DNA of 64,000 bases from Bacteroidota bacterium. Lineage in GTDB: Bacteria; Bacteroidota; Bacteroidia; Bacteroidales; UBA4417. Location of the stretch: the NCBI GenBank assembly GCA_037142075.1, contig JBAXBJ010000006.1, positions 25,266-89,265 on the forward strand, read 5' to 3'. Made by a program: the position numbers and the translations under genes. The notes beneath the pieces were generated by a model, which saw nothing but the letters and a program-made list of their open reading frames with translations, did no database searches and had not been told where the DNA came from. Position 1 is the first letter of the stretch. Each line of letters begins with the position of its first letter. Of this stretch, positions 8,665 to 18,379 are shown in pieces.

Positions 8665-11631
8665 ATGAATAAATTGATTTTTTTGTGCTTTTTTCCCCAT
8701 GTGTGGTTTACCTTAACATTGCATAGTCAGGGTATTGGCCGGTACCAGGCAGAAGAATTTGACTTGGCCCACAAAGCCGGTGTCCCGGCCGTTTACAGCA
8801 TGTTTCAGGATACAACCGGTGTAATTTGGTTTGGCTCAACCAATGGAATATATAGGTACGATGGTTCCCGGATATTTGAGTTTGATGCCGAACAGAAGAA
8901 ATTATTAGGCAAAACAAATTATACTTTTTTAGAGGCAAAAAACGGGGATGTACTGATAGGCAGCGATTTCGGGATTTGCAGGTACAACATACATGAAAAC
9001 ACAGTTAAACTGATTGTCACTATCGATAGGGTGTTTCACAATCGCAGCGGGTTCTCACCAGTTTGTTTTGATGATAAAGGTAATTTGTGGTTCGTGGCTT
9101 CGGGCAAAGGAATCGGATGGTACGATGGTCGAAAAGTTTCATGGTTTGAGAATCCACCCATCATTCATCCAGAATCAATCGACAAACTAAACGACGCATG
9201 CTACGACAGTAAAACTGGCAATGTGTACTTAAGCAATTATTATGGAAATGTATCAGCCATTTTTAACACAAAAATCCGTTCACTAACATTTGATGCATTA
9301 TCCGCTACAGCTACATTCCAACTACTAAACAACGTTTTATACAGAGTCAAACTCGATAGCATTCGTACTTCTAATCTTCTGACAGGAGAGCAAAAAGTGT
9401 TTGGTGCCACAATGAGGAAAGAGTTGGTTAATAATTTTATGTACTCAAAATCCGTCATTATTGATGAAGAATGGCTCTGGATTTCGTTGCGCGACGGGAT
9501 AAGGCCTTTTAACTACCACAGTCAAAAGTTTGGCAACGCGTTCGGTTTCGAAGGCGATACCAAAAGTTCTCTCTTAATGCATATTTCGGAATTATTCAAA
9601 GACAAGGAAGGGAATATCTGGGTTTGCACCGAAACAAACGGGATTAAGATTCTGAACCAGTTTCAATTAAAGCGATTTCAGTATTTAAGAGATTCCGGCA
9701 GTGCAAATAACATTATAATGGACATTGAAACTGTAAACGACAGCCTGTTGTTAGTATGCCCTTTGGTGGAAACACCGCAATTGGTTAAGATTTTTACAAA
9801 CGAATTTACAGATATAATTCCTAAAAATTCTGTAGCGAGCAGTTCGTTTAATACAGTGAGGGTAAACAAGTCATACATTCTGATTGTAAAGCAGAACGGG
9901 GAAGCTTACACCTTCAATTCATCAACTCTAAAGTTGAAACGACTTGTGATGCCTGACGCTTCTATTGGTAAGGTAATAAAAGCATCTCAGCCCAATACCG
10001 TTTTTATCTACAACGGCTCTGATTTAAAACTGTGTAATTTCGAAAATGAAGATTTAAAAGTTTTGAAATCGCTTGCCCTGAATTTTTCTTCCGAAAGTAT
10101 TTTATACAATCCATTCAAAAATGAAATCCACATCAGCAACCAGGAAAAAAGCTGGGTAATTGATGGTGAAACTTTAACTAAAATAAGTGAGCAAAAGCCT
10201 GTTATCGGGGCATTTATGGATAATTTCTGGAATAAGGACAAAACATTATGGCTCGCAACGCGATCAGGCCTTTTGCACTACAACATTAAATATCAGCTTA
10301 TTGAATCGTTCAATACAGGTAACGGGCTAAATAACGACGTGGTTTATGCCATCCAGCCAAATCACGACAGTACAAAGTTATTCCTGAGCACCAACCTGGG
10401 AATCAGTTGCTTTACCATTGCATCAAAAACTTTTCAAAACTACACACCTTCCGATGGCCTTTCGGAATCGGAGCACAACGGGGCAGCTTCGGCTAGCGAT
10501 GGAAAAGGCAACTACTATTTTGGCAACATCAAAGGAATTACAATTTTTAACGAGTCGTTCAATACAACTACAGCTACCAGGCCGTTATTAATTATCCAGG
10601 GAATTTACATTGACGATACTGTTTACAATAAACTTGTAAACGCAGATTTTATCAGGAGCATAGATGTTTTTCCTAAAAATACTGTCTTTGGAATTAACTT
10701 CAGTTTGCTAAGCACATCGGAACCTGAGAAGCTTATTTACAGCTATAAAATTGAAGGTATTGATAATAAGTTCCATCGGTCGAATGCAGCCACTGCAATA
10801 AGAATTTCCAAACCACGACCCGGCACCTATACCATAGTGCTCAGAGGCGAGATAGAAGGAGGCCTTTTTGTTGAAAAGCGCATTAAACTCGTAGTTCATG
10901 CTCCATTTTATTTTAAATGGTGGTTTTTAATTCCGGGCATTCTGCTCTTCCACACATTTGTATTTTTGATTATTCGCCGTATAATTAGGACTCGGTTGAG
11001 GAAAAAACAACAGGAAATGGAGAATGAACGCCGTTACTTTGAGCAGAAATCACAGATAGCCAGGGAGTTGCACGATAATGTGGGCGCCCGCCTCAGTATG
11101 ATGCTCAATACGGTAGATTGGATCGGCAAAAAACCGGTTTTGGAAATTACAGATCTGAATGAAATAAAGGAAAATACCAAAGCTGTTATTCAGGGCCTTC
11201 GCGATGCGATTTGGGTAATGGATAAAACTGAAATCACTGCTGAGGAATTATTTGATAAAATTAAATACTATTCCAACCAGGTCACAAGGAACTATCCTGT
11301 ACATTTGATCTTTAACGAAGTTACACACAAAGCGGTTGTTTTAAATACCACCGAGGCTTTGAACCTTTTTCGTATTGTTCAGGAATCGCTCAACAATGCT
11401 TTAAAATATTCAAATGCTGCGCAAATCGAAATTACGCTTAGTTACGAAGGTGAAAATGGAATTCGTATTGAAATTAAGGATAATGGCTCCGGTTTTGAAA
11501 CTGAAAAAGTAATACATGGGCACGGCCTTAAAAACATGCAGGCCAGGGCCGGCGAGATAAATGCAAATTTAAAATTGCAAAGTATTGTTAATGAGGGTAC
11601 GACAGTTACAATTACACTCTACATCGTTTGA
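8665..11631 (+). CDS. Sensor histidine kinase with large extracytoplasmic two-component-regulator beta-propeller/Y_Y_Y region and HisKA_3 + HATPase core
   Basis: 988 aa. Signal/TM at the N-terminus and propeller-type repeats (GVIWFGSTNGIYRYDG, GNLWFVASGKGIGWYDG, GNIWVCTETNGIKIL, LWLATRSGLLHYN). TM FKWWFLIPGILLFHTFVFLII. H-box ARELHDNVGARLS and G-box GHGLKNMQARA. Confidence 0.85.
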   Translation: MNKLIFLCFFPHVWFTLTLHSQGIGRYQAEEFDLAHKAGVPAVYSMFQDTTGVIWFGSTNGIYRYDGSRIFEFDAEQKKLLGKTNYTFLEAKNGDVLIGSDFGICRYNIHENTVKLIVTIDRVFHNRSGFSPVCFDDKGNLWFVASGKGIGWYDGRKVSWFENPPIIHPESIDKLNDACYDSKTGNVYLSNYYGNVSAIFNTKIRSLTFDALSATATFQLLNNVLYRVKLDSIRTSNLLTGEQKVFGATMRKELVNNFMYSKSVIIDEEWLWISLRDGIRPFNYHSQKFGNAFGFEGDTKSSLLMHISELFKDKEGNIWVCTETNGIKILNQFQLKRFQYLRDSGSANNIIMDIETVNDSLLLVCPLVETPQLVKIFTNEFTDIIPKNSVASSSFNTVRVNKSYILIVKQNGEAYTFNSSTLKLKRLVMPDASIGKVIKASQPNTVFIYNGSDLKLCNFENEDLKVLKSLALNFSSESILYNPFKNEIHISNQEKSWVIDGETLTKISEQKPVIGAFMDNFWNKDKTLWLATRSGLLHYNIKYQLIESFNTGNGLNNDVVYAIQPNHDSTKLFLSTNLGISCFTIASKTFQNYTPSDGLSESEHNGAASASDGKGNYYFGNIKGITIFNESFNTTTATRPLLIIQGIYIDDTVYNKLVNADFIRSIDVFPKNTVFGINFSLLSTSEPEKLIYSYKIEGIDNKFHRSNAATAIRISKPRPGTYTIVLRGEIEGGLFVEKRIKLVVHAPFYFKWWFLIPGILLFHTFVFLIIRRIIRTRLRKKQQEMENERRYFEQKSQIARELHDNVGARLSMMLNTVDWIGKKPVLEITDLNEIKENTKAVIQGLRDAIWVMDKTEITAEELFDKIKYYSNQVTRNYPVHLIFNEVTHKAVVLNTTEALNLFRIVQESLNNALKYSNAAQIEITLSYEGENGIRIEIKDNGSGFETEKVIHGHGLKNMQARAGEINANLKLQSIVNEGTTVTITLYIV

Positions 11632-11635
11632 TGTA
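11620..11635. promoter_or_regulatory. 7-2-7 palindrome TACATCG-TT-TGATGTA (copy 1 of 3), candidate NarL/LuxR-type operator
   Basis: Read directly. It overlaps the kinase stop codon (11629-11631) and lies about 35 nt upstream of the response-regulator ATG. It shares the word CTACATC(A/G)TTTGATGTATT with 14713 and 18178. Confidence 0.5.
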
Positions 11636-11670
11636 TTGCATCATCTTACTTCACTACCGAATTTTGGCCC

Positions 11671-12339
11671 ATGATAAAAATAGCTATTGTTGACGACCGC
11701 GATCACGTGCGCGATACCCTTGAAAACAGGTTGCAGTATACCAATGAGATCAGGGTGATACAGACCTCGTGCAATGGCGAAGAGTTTTTAACTTATATGA
11801 AGTCCACCCAGCCGCTCAGCCAGCCCGAAGTGGTGATTATGGACATTGAAATGCCTGTTCTAAACGGAATTGATACGGTGGCAACAGCCTCAGTTTTGTA
11901 TCCGGATGTAAAATTTATCATGCTTACCGTATTCGATAGCGACGATGCCATTTTTAATGCCATCAAGGCCGGTGCGCATGGCTATTTGTTAAAGGACGAA
12001 GACACCGACACAATTATTGAGCACATAAAACTGGTTGCCGATGGCAAAGGAGCCGTGATGAGCCCGGCTATTGCCCGCAAGGCGCTGGATTTACTGATGG
12101 GAAAGAGTTTCAAAGCCGAAACCACTAATGCAACAATAAAGACGGATACAACCCTTACCGAAAGAGAAATTGCCGTGATGAACTGCCTGGTAAACGGGCT
12201 TGATCATAAAAGCATTTCGCAAAAACTTGATATCAGCCCGGCCACGGTGCGCACTCACCTGGCCAATATTTATAAAAAGTTACACGTTAGTTCCAAATCG
12301 CAGGCGGTGGGTCTTGCGCTTAAGAGGAAATGGTTTTAA
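11671..12339 (+). CDS. Response regulator, NarL/LuxR (GerE HTH) family
   Basis: 222 aa. The receiver domain has IAIVDD...VVIMDIEMPVLNG...MLTVF. The C-terminal LuxR-type HTH reads LTEREIAVMNCLVNGLDHKSISQKLDISPATVRTHLANIYKKL. Confidence 0.9.
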   Translation: MIKIAIVDDRDHVRDTLENRLQYTNEIRVIQTSCNGEEFLTYMKSTQPLSQPEVVIMDIEMPVLNGIDTVATASVLYPDVKFIMLTVFDSDDAIFNAIKAGAHGYLLKDEDTDTIIEHIKLVADGKGAVMSPAIARKALDLLMGKSFKAETTNATIKTDTTLTEREIAVMNCLVNGLDHKSISQKLDISPATVRTHLANIYKKLHVSSKSQAVGLALKRKWF

Positions 12340-12625
12340 GAAGTAGGTTGGTGTTTGTAATGAATATTCTCAGTTTGTTGTTTGTATCGGCACCGATAGC
12401 AAATCAGCGCCAGAGGGAGGGGAAGATATAAATATGCTAATTGCGGCAAGCGCATGAAAATAAAATGCGTGGCAACTAAGATATCTCGTTGAACAAAAAA
12501 CGGGATAAAACCGTACATTTTAAAATCCCATATCCAGATCCCAAGAGAAAACCATGAATAATTAGCACCTTTAAATCAAGTAAAGCAATGATTTACAATG
12601 CTGATTGATGTTGGGGATTTATAAT

Positions 12626-12653
12626 CTGAAACCTTGAGCCTGAAACCTGAAAC
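12626..12653. repeat. Four degenerate tandem heptamers CTGAAAC/CTTGAGC/CTGAAAC/CTGAAAC
   Basis: Read directly in the spacer between the convergent genes ending at 12339 and 12700. Confidence 0.8.
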
Positions 12654-12699
12654 TTAGAATATCACTACCTACCCCGTTCGAAGTATAACTCTTGCCTTT

Positions 12700-13704
12700 C
12701 TAAGGTTTAACAAAAATCGAAAATGCTAACGCATGTGGTTCTACTCCATTCAGATTTGTTACTAACCCGTTTTTCCAATATTTGGCTGTAAAACTGTAAT
12801 TAGGCCAGTTGTCTTCGTATCCTGCAACATAAATATCATTCCCTAAAAGGAACATAGAACTTGCTATGGCAGAATGTAATGGTGAGGAAAGCTTTACCAT
12901 GACGCCATTTTTCCAATAACCTGCATCATTGCCATCATTTCCTGCCACATAAACATCATTGTCTTTGACCAAAATAGTGGTTGCCATGGATGAGGCTGTT
13001 CCATCTGTAAGGTTTACAACAACTCCGTTTTTCCAATACCTGGCCGAATAAGAAAAACTCCAGGTATGATCTTCCCAACCAGCTACATAAACGTCACTTC
13101 CTGAAACACAAATAGAAGTTGCCACTGTTTCGATTAATCCATCGCTTAAAGCAATAGCTTTGCCATTTTTCCAATACATGGCGACTGAACCTTCAAAACC
13201 TGCCACATAAACATCATTCCCCACAACACAAATGGCAGAAGCACCTGCTCCTTTTTTCCCATTTGTGAGGTTAATCCCTGTGCCATTCTTCCAGTATTTG
13301 GCTCTTGTTGACTCGTAATCTGCTAAGACGGTACCTGCAGTATAAACATCTTTCCCCGAAACCCAGATTGAAACTGCAGACCCGGAATGTGGTTCGCCTG
13401 TAAGTTTTGTTACATTGCCATTTTTCCAGAGCGCGGCATATTTAACACCATTCCAGAAGGCCGCACCGGTAAAATACAAATCATTTCCTGAGGCCCAAAC
13501 AGAATGTACATCATAAAAATGATTAATGGTATCATGCAGGATAACAGCCGAATCGTTGACCCAATAGGCATCTTCCAAGTTATTAATATACCCGGCCACA
13601 TAAACCTTTGTACCGGTCGACGGAATTACCTCTGTTTTTTCATCTTTCCTGCAACTTAATACGCAGAATAGCAATAGCGATAATGGAAACAAAAACTTTT
13701 TCAT
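12700..13704 (-). CDS. Lipoprotein built from about 7 YWKNG repeats (probable beta-propeller), function unknown
   Basis: 334 aa. Lipobox LSC at MKKFLFPLSLLLFCVLSC. Repeating unit ...D(V/I)YVAG...(A/K/R)YWKNG....L about every 40-45 aa (AYWVND, ALWKNG, KYWKNG, MYWKNG, RYWKNG, GYWKNG, KYWKNG). Confidence 0.75.
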   Translation of the reverse strand: MKKFLFPLSLLLFCVLSCRKDEKTEVIPSTGTKVYVAGYINNLEDAYWVNDSAVILHDTINHFYDVHSVWASGNDLYFTGAAFWNGVKYAALWKNGNVTKLTGEPHSGSAVSIWVSGKDVYTAGTVLADYESTRAKYWKNGTGINLTNGKKGAGASAICVVGNDVYVAGFEGSVAMYWKNGKAIALSDGLIETVATSICVSGSDVYVAGWEDHTWSFSYSARYWKNGVVVNLTDGTASSMATTILVKDNDVYVAGNDGNDAGYWKNGVMVKLSSPLHSAIASSMFLLGNDIYVAGYEDNWPNYSFTAKYWKNGLVTNLNGVEPHALAFSIFVKP

Positions 13705-13809
13705 ATCTTAAAACTAAATTTGCAGTTTGATTGATAGTAATATACCAATTCGAACTCTGGTGTCTTTTTCCCTGATGCGTGAAGAAAAGGCGGCCAAAAT
13801 TTCTAAAAA

Positions 13810-14124
13810 TTATATTTTCAACTCTATTCCGCTGCGTAAAATTTCAACCATAAATGGATTATCCGAAATGAAATCCTGTTTTGAGATTGGATGTGGTTCA
13901 ATACGGTTATCAATCTGAGAAGCTAACAGCATTAACCGAACTTGTGTATCAAACCTATCGCTATCGGTTAAATTATCTATAACCAAGGCAACATCAATAT
14001 CACTATCGGTATGTTGCTTGTTTTTGGCGTAAGAACCAAAAATAAATGCAGAAATTAAGCCAGGTTGCTGCTCGGCAGCCATATCAACAAATTTCCTTAC
14101 TGTGTGATTAATCCCTTTATCCAT
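13810..14124 (-). CDS. Nucleotidyltransferase (MNT-type) component of a HEPN/MNT toxin-antitoxin pair
   Basis: 104 aa. Minimal NTase motif FGSYAKNKQHTDSDIDVALV (G-S ... D-x-D). Overlaps the upstream HEPN gene by 28 nt. Confidence 0.8.
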   Translation of the reverse strand: MDKGINHTVRKFVDMAAEQQPGLISAFIFGSYAKNKQHTDSDIDVALVIDNLTDSDRFDTQVRLMLLASQIDNRIEPHPISKQDFISDNPFMVEILRSGIELKI

Positions 14125-14540
14125 AGTCTATACGATTTAAGTTCTTCAATCCAATGAGCGCAAAATTCAGGTGTACATGTCTTTTGAAAACTCAATTTAT
14201 AGTCATCATACCTTGCATTGATATTAAAAGCGGTAACTGTGGCAAAAAACAAACGTTGATCATCGTTTAATTCCAGGTTACATTTTTCAGCTAACCGAAG
14301 CAAATTGTGAATATAAGGTGGATAATCATTGATTGTTTTGACTACTAAAGCTTTTAGGAGTTTTTCGATCATTAAATGGCCAACAAACATGCTCCAACTG
14401 TATCTTCGAGTATCATACATGGCAACCATAGTTTTAAAATCATCATCTGAACTATCAATCCAGTATGTTAAAATTTTATCCCTATCGAATCCAGCATTTC
14501 CCATATCACAAAGGTATGGAATAAGTAACGATTGTATCAA
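14097..14540 (-). CDS. HEPN domain protein (partner of the MNT nucleotidyltransferase)
   Basis: 147 aa, all-helical sequence with the ...FNINARYDDY... segment typical of HEPN (PF05168-like) proteins. Paired with an NTase. The true start may be the internal MGNAGF at 14504. Confidence 0.7.
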   Translation of the reverse strand: MIQSLLIPYLCDMGNAGFDRDKILTYWIDSSDDDFKTMVAMYDTRRYSWSMFVGHLMIEKLLKALVVKTINDYPPYIHNLLRLAEKCNLELNDDQRLFFATVTAFNINARYDDYKLSFQKTCTPEFCAHWIEELKSYRLWIKGLITQ

Positions 14541-14712
14541 TGATTACCTTTTGCATTTTTAATGGTTTTAACTTCTCGAGGATAAATGAAGATTTCGCAT
14601 TTCAATGCGAGACATTTGCCGGACAGTATTCCCACATTACTGGATTGCTTCATGGTAGTTATTTTTTCAGAAAAGTATCATTCAGCTCATGCCTTTATCC
14701 CCTTCAACAATC

Positions 14713-14728
14713 TACATCATTTGATGTA
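14713..14728. promoter_or_regulatory. 7-2-7 palindrome TACATCA-TT-TGATGTA (copy 2 of 3)
   Basis: Perfect inverted heptamers with a 2-nt spacer, about 145 nt upstream of the ATG at 14874. Confidence 0.5.
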
Positions 14729-14873
14729 TTACACAGGAAATTTATCTCGTCTACTTTTGTCAAGAGTAAACGGACAAACGGTTATGAAGAATTAATAAAA
14801 TTCAGAACCCGGTTTTGTCAATTAAGAATTTAAAATAAATTTATTTCTGTCTTCATAGCCGCAACTTACTGAT

Positions 14874-16349
14874 ATGAAATTATTTACAACATTTATATTC
14901 CTCGTATTAACGATCTCGCTCTACGCCCAGCAGAAACCTGAGCCAATTACTTTACCCGGCGTTGCTTACCCGATACTGAGCATGAAGAAAAGCCCTTCTT
15001 CCAAATATCTCTTTCTTTCCCTGGCCGGTGGTCGCTTTTTGCTCTACGATATCAGCAAGGGGAATCTGAACGAAAACTCCACGCCATTATGGAAAAACTT
15101 TGATAGTAAGGGTTTTGCCATTGGCGGTGATGCTGAATTTTCGGATAACGAGAAGTACATCCTGGTAGTTGAACAAAATGCAATGTATGCCCGCGATAAA
15201 GCCAAAATCGAACCTTTCAGTATAAATGTGCTTGATGTTGCTACCGGGCAGGTAGTTTACGAAACAGAGGGAGTAAACAGTGCCCAGTTTTTAATCGACA
15301 ATTCAACCATTCTGCTTGCTGATGATGAGGGAGTTGCAACCTACAACTTGATAACCAAAACCAAAGGCGAAAAGAAAAAAATTGAGGCTTGCGAAATCGC
15401 CTGCCTCAACCATGCAGGAAATTTACTTTCCGCTTCGTATGATGCCGAAAGGAGCGAATTTAAAGATGAAGACGGAGCCGGGTTGAACAAAAAAGAGTTG
15501 AAAAATGCTGCAAAAAATAAAAAGCTGATCCGGTTTTATGAATATCCATCAATGAAAAATGCAGGAATCATAAATGAAGAAGTTGATGTGGTTTTCAGGA
15601 TGCAATATACCGCTGATGATAAATACCTCTTGTTTTTCAGCCGGACAAGGCAGGCGGAACATACGCATGTCAGTTTGCTTAATGGGCTCGATAAAGCAAA
15701 TGATCTCAACCAGTTTCAGCGTATCGACATCGGTGATTTCAGGGTAGATAATGCAAACTTCATCTATCAGACCAGCGAGCAAATGGCCAATTTTGATATC
15801 ACGCCATCATCAACTTTATTTTCGTACAACGACAACCGGGGACTTTTTGCCGGCAAACGAGAGGTGTATATTACCAATTTTGCTGAGCAACAGGTAATTG
15901 TCGGGAAATTTACTTTCCAGGGACGAGCAAAAACACGAAACCTGCACCAGGCCGCTTTTGCTTTTATTGATGATTCCATTTTGCTGGTTGCCAATGGTCT
16001 AAAGCTTACTTACTGGAATTTTGCGAAACTCCCTGATTATGTAGAGTATATTGAACCTGTGAACGAAAATGCCATACTCGACAATGCAATCGGGCAGCTG
16101 GACGACGACCTGCAAGACCCTGAAAGTTCGTTATCAAAATCAATTTCGAAACGCGCGATTACAGGCCTTTACCTGATGAATATAACCATTCAGAAAAGCG
16201 GTGAAGTGGTATCCATCTTTGCCCAATCGGACGATAAAACCAATATATCTATGCAAAATATGTTGAAAGATATAATTCTTAAATACAAGTTTGATGTTAC
16301 CGTACCCAAAAACGAACGATTAAAATTCACCTACACCTTTATCCTTTAA
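14874..16349 (+). CDS. Secreted hypothetical protein (signal peptide; probable beta-propeller N-terminal part)
   Basis: 491 aa. Signal peptide MKLFTTFIFLVLTISLYAQQ. No catalytic motif recognised. 19-nt gap to the next gene, so likely an operon. Confidence 0.6.
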   Translation: MKLFTTFIFLVLTISLYAQQKPEPITLPGVAYPILSMKKSPSSKYLFLSLAGGRFLLYDISKGNLNENSTPLWKNFDSKGFAIGGDAEFSDNEKYILVVEQNAMYARDKAKIEPFSINVLDVATGQVVYETEGVNSAQFLIDNSTILLADDEGVATYNLITKTKGEKKKIEACEIACLNHAGNLLSASYDAERSEFKDEDGAGLNKKELKNAAKNKKLIRFYEYPSMKNAGIINEEVDVVFRMQYTADDKYLLFFSRTRQAEHTHVSLLNGLDKANDLNQFQRIDIGDFRVDNANFIYQTSEQMANFDITPSSTLFSYNDNRGLFAGKREVYITNFAEQQVIVGKFTFQGRAKTRNLHQAAFAFIDDSILLVANGLKLTYWNFAKLPDYVEYIEPVNENAILDNAIGQLDDDLQDPESSLSKSISKRAITGLYLMNITIQKSGEVVSIFAQSDDKTNISMQNMLKDIILKYKFDVTVPKNERLKFTYTFIL

Positions 16350-16368
16350 ACCATTAAATCAAAAACTT

Positions 16369-18060
16369 ATGAAAAAGAAAACTCTGGCAATTGGTCTGTT
16401 TTTAACTCTTTCGGCATCCGTATTTGCTCAAAAAAATGAAGAAATGAAAACAGTTTGGGAAACCAAACTGAATTACGAATATGACCTTACCGGCCTGGAT
16501 GAAAACCTGAAAATAATCCACGGCAGCAACGACAAAAATTTCGGCGTGTTAAATGCCGAAGACGGAAGCAAGAAATGGGTAAGCAAATTCTCCGAAATTA
16601 GCGAAAACATCAAAAAAGTGGATCTTCAAATCCCGATGTACGAATCAAAGGCCATCTTCCTTTTCGACAAGAAAATGGGTAAAGACTTTATGGTAGTTGT
16701 GGATATCGAAACTGGCAAAATGCTTTGGAGTACCAGCAAATACCAAGGCATAGAAGACCAGGACGAAATTGTATATATCCCCGAAATGGATGCTTATGCG
16801 GTTGTTACAAAAGACGCGCTCACTATGGTGAAAGCACGCACCGGCGAAGAACTCTGGAGCACCAAAACCATGAATACACCTGTGGGAAGATATATTTACG
16901 ATAATGATGAGAAAACTATCACCATGGTAAACATGCCACGTACTTTTCTGGGAGCAATGTTAAAAGGATTTAAAAATCAAATTCTTAAAATAAATGTTAA
17001 AAATGGTGACGTAATCTGGGAACAAACCTACCGCGGGATGATAGAGAAAAAGGTAGTTAGCAGGGAACCTGTTGCAAAATTTATATTAGCCGAAGGAAAT
17101 AAGTTAATGTTACAACTTAATGGTTTACAGGTATTCGACTATAAAACAGGAAAACCACTTTGGAGTGCTACTTATGATGTAACTTTTGAGGAATTTGCCA
17201 GAGTAAAAACCCCTGGTCGGGTTAAAGCAAAAGGAGTTTATGGTGCCGTTGCAGATCCACTTTACGATGGCGAGTTTGTATATATCCTCGATTTTAAAGG
17301 CAAATCGTCACAATACCTTAAAAAATACGAAGTAAATTCAGGTAAACTCGTGTGGACTTCACCTGAGATAAAGGATGCAAGGGCAATTCCGGGTTTGTTT
17401 ATGGTTGATGGTGTTTTGCTTATGCAGGTTGGAGGTGCTGTTGAAGTGCAGGGAATAACGGTTCAAACAACATCAAACTCAAGTGGTACAACTACCACAA
17501 CCTACAAATCAATCAGTTATCAGAATGTAAAGCCCTACAATGTACAGGCATTTAATGTTGCTGATGGCAAGCAAATATGGGAAAGCGACCGCTTTAAGAA
17601 AGGCATTTCAAATATGTTCCTCAACGAGAAAGACCTTATAGTTTGCAGTGGTAAAGCATTGTACAACGTAGATTATAAAACCGGAGCCGAGAAATACGAG
17701 GTTTCGCTGGACAAGGACGATATTTCGCTGGCTGAAAAAATTATTGACCCGATTTCTCTGGGTGAAGACGTGAATAAAGACAATGTCATTATAGTGGGTT
17801 CAAAAGGAGTTAGTGCACACAATATGAAAACCGGGGCAAAAGTGTGGGCAAACAGGACCAAAACCGGCGATTTCAACGGCATTTACGGAACCACTGCATT
17901 TTACCAGACTGAAAGCGACGATCAGTTTGCCATTGATGTGAACTCAGGCAAAGGCACCTATTACAACGCACGGAAAGATTCGAAATCGGAATATTCGTCA
18001 GATGGCAATTACCTGTATGCATTCGAAAAGAAAGTCATAACCAAATTAGCAACGAAATAG
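16369..18060 (+). CDS. Secreted PQQ-like/BamB-like beta-propeller repeat protein
   Basis: 563 aa. Signal peptide ...SASVFAQ. A recurring G(K/E)x(L/I/V)W(S/E)... blade motif: GKMLWSTSKY, GEELWSTKT, GDVIWEQTY, GKPLWSATY, GKLVWTSPE, GKQIWESDR, GAKVWANRT. Confidence 0.75.
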   Translation: MKKKTLAIGLFLTLSASVFAQKNEEMKTVWETKLNYEYDLTGLDENLKIIHGSNDKNFGVLNAEDGSKKWVSKFSEISENIKKVDLQIPMYESKAIFLFDKKMGKDFMVVVDIETGKMLWSTSKYQGIEDQDEIVYIPEMDAYAVVTKDALTMVKARTGEELWSTKTMNTPVGRYIYDNDEKTITMVNMPRTFLGAMLKGFKNQILKINVKNGDVIWEQTYRGMIEKKVVSREPVAKFILAEGNKLMLQLNGLQVFDYKTGKPLWSATYDVTFEEFARVKTPGRVKAKGVYGAVADPLYDGEFVYILDFKGKSSQYLKKYEVNSGKLVWTSPEIKDARAIPGLFMVDGVLLMQVGGAVEVQGITVQTTSNSSGTTTTTYKSISYQNVKPYNVQAFNVADGKQIWESDRFKKGISNMFLNEKDLIVCSGKALYNVDYKTGAEKYEVSLDKDDISLAEKIIDPISLGEDVNKDNVIIVGSKGVSAHNMKTGAKVWANRTKTGDFNGIYGTTAFYQTESDDQFAIDVNSGKGTYYNARKDSKSEYSSDGNYLYAFEKKVITKLATK

Positions 18061-18080
18061 AAATATATTTAAAAAACGCG

Positions 18081-18108
18081 GGGTGAAGCCACAAGCTTCA
18101 CCCTTTTT
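18081..18108 (+). terminator. Rho-independent terminator after the 16369..18060 gene
   Basis: gggtgaagc-cacaa-gcttcaccc: 9-bp stem and 5-nt loop followed by ttttt. Confidence 0.85.
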
Positions 18109-18177
18109 CTTATAAAAAAAAGGATTGGCTTATCTGCTAAAAACAAGGAATACCCTTAGGATCATCTGCTTTTTAAC

Positions 18178-18193
18178 TACATCATTTGATGTA
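18178..18193. promoter_or_regulatory. 7-2-7 palindrome TACATCA-TT-TGATGTA (copy 3 of 3)
   Basis: Perfect copy located right after the terminator at 18081-18108 and upstream of the propeller fragment. Confidence 0.5.
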
Positions 18194-18379
18194 TTTAATG
18201 TTCAATTCCGCAGCAGTATCTTTGTGCCTGAAAAATTTCCGATACTGAAATTTTTTCTTCAGTTTTGAATATCATTCGTTTTTTATCCCAGGAAACTGCA
18301 TCAAAGGTGTAGTTTCCTTTTCTTTTGTCTGGATAGATTTTTCTTGCTTAAAAATTTCCAACAAAGATACAAGAAGTAA

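Noticed and set aside
14540-14833. 97-aa and 69-aa plus-strand ORFs in the gap between the HEPN gene and the 14874 gene
   Set aside because: Overlapping alternative frames with no motifs. The region contains the 7-2-7 palindrome and is better explained as a promoter or operator region.
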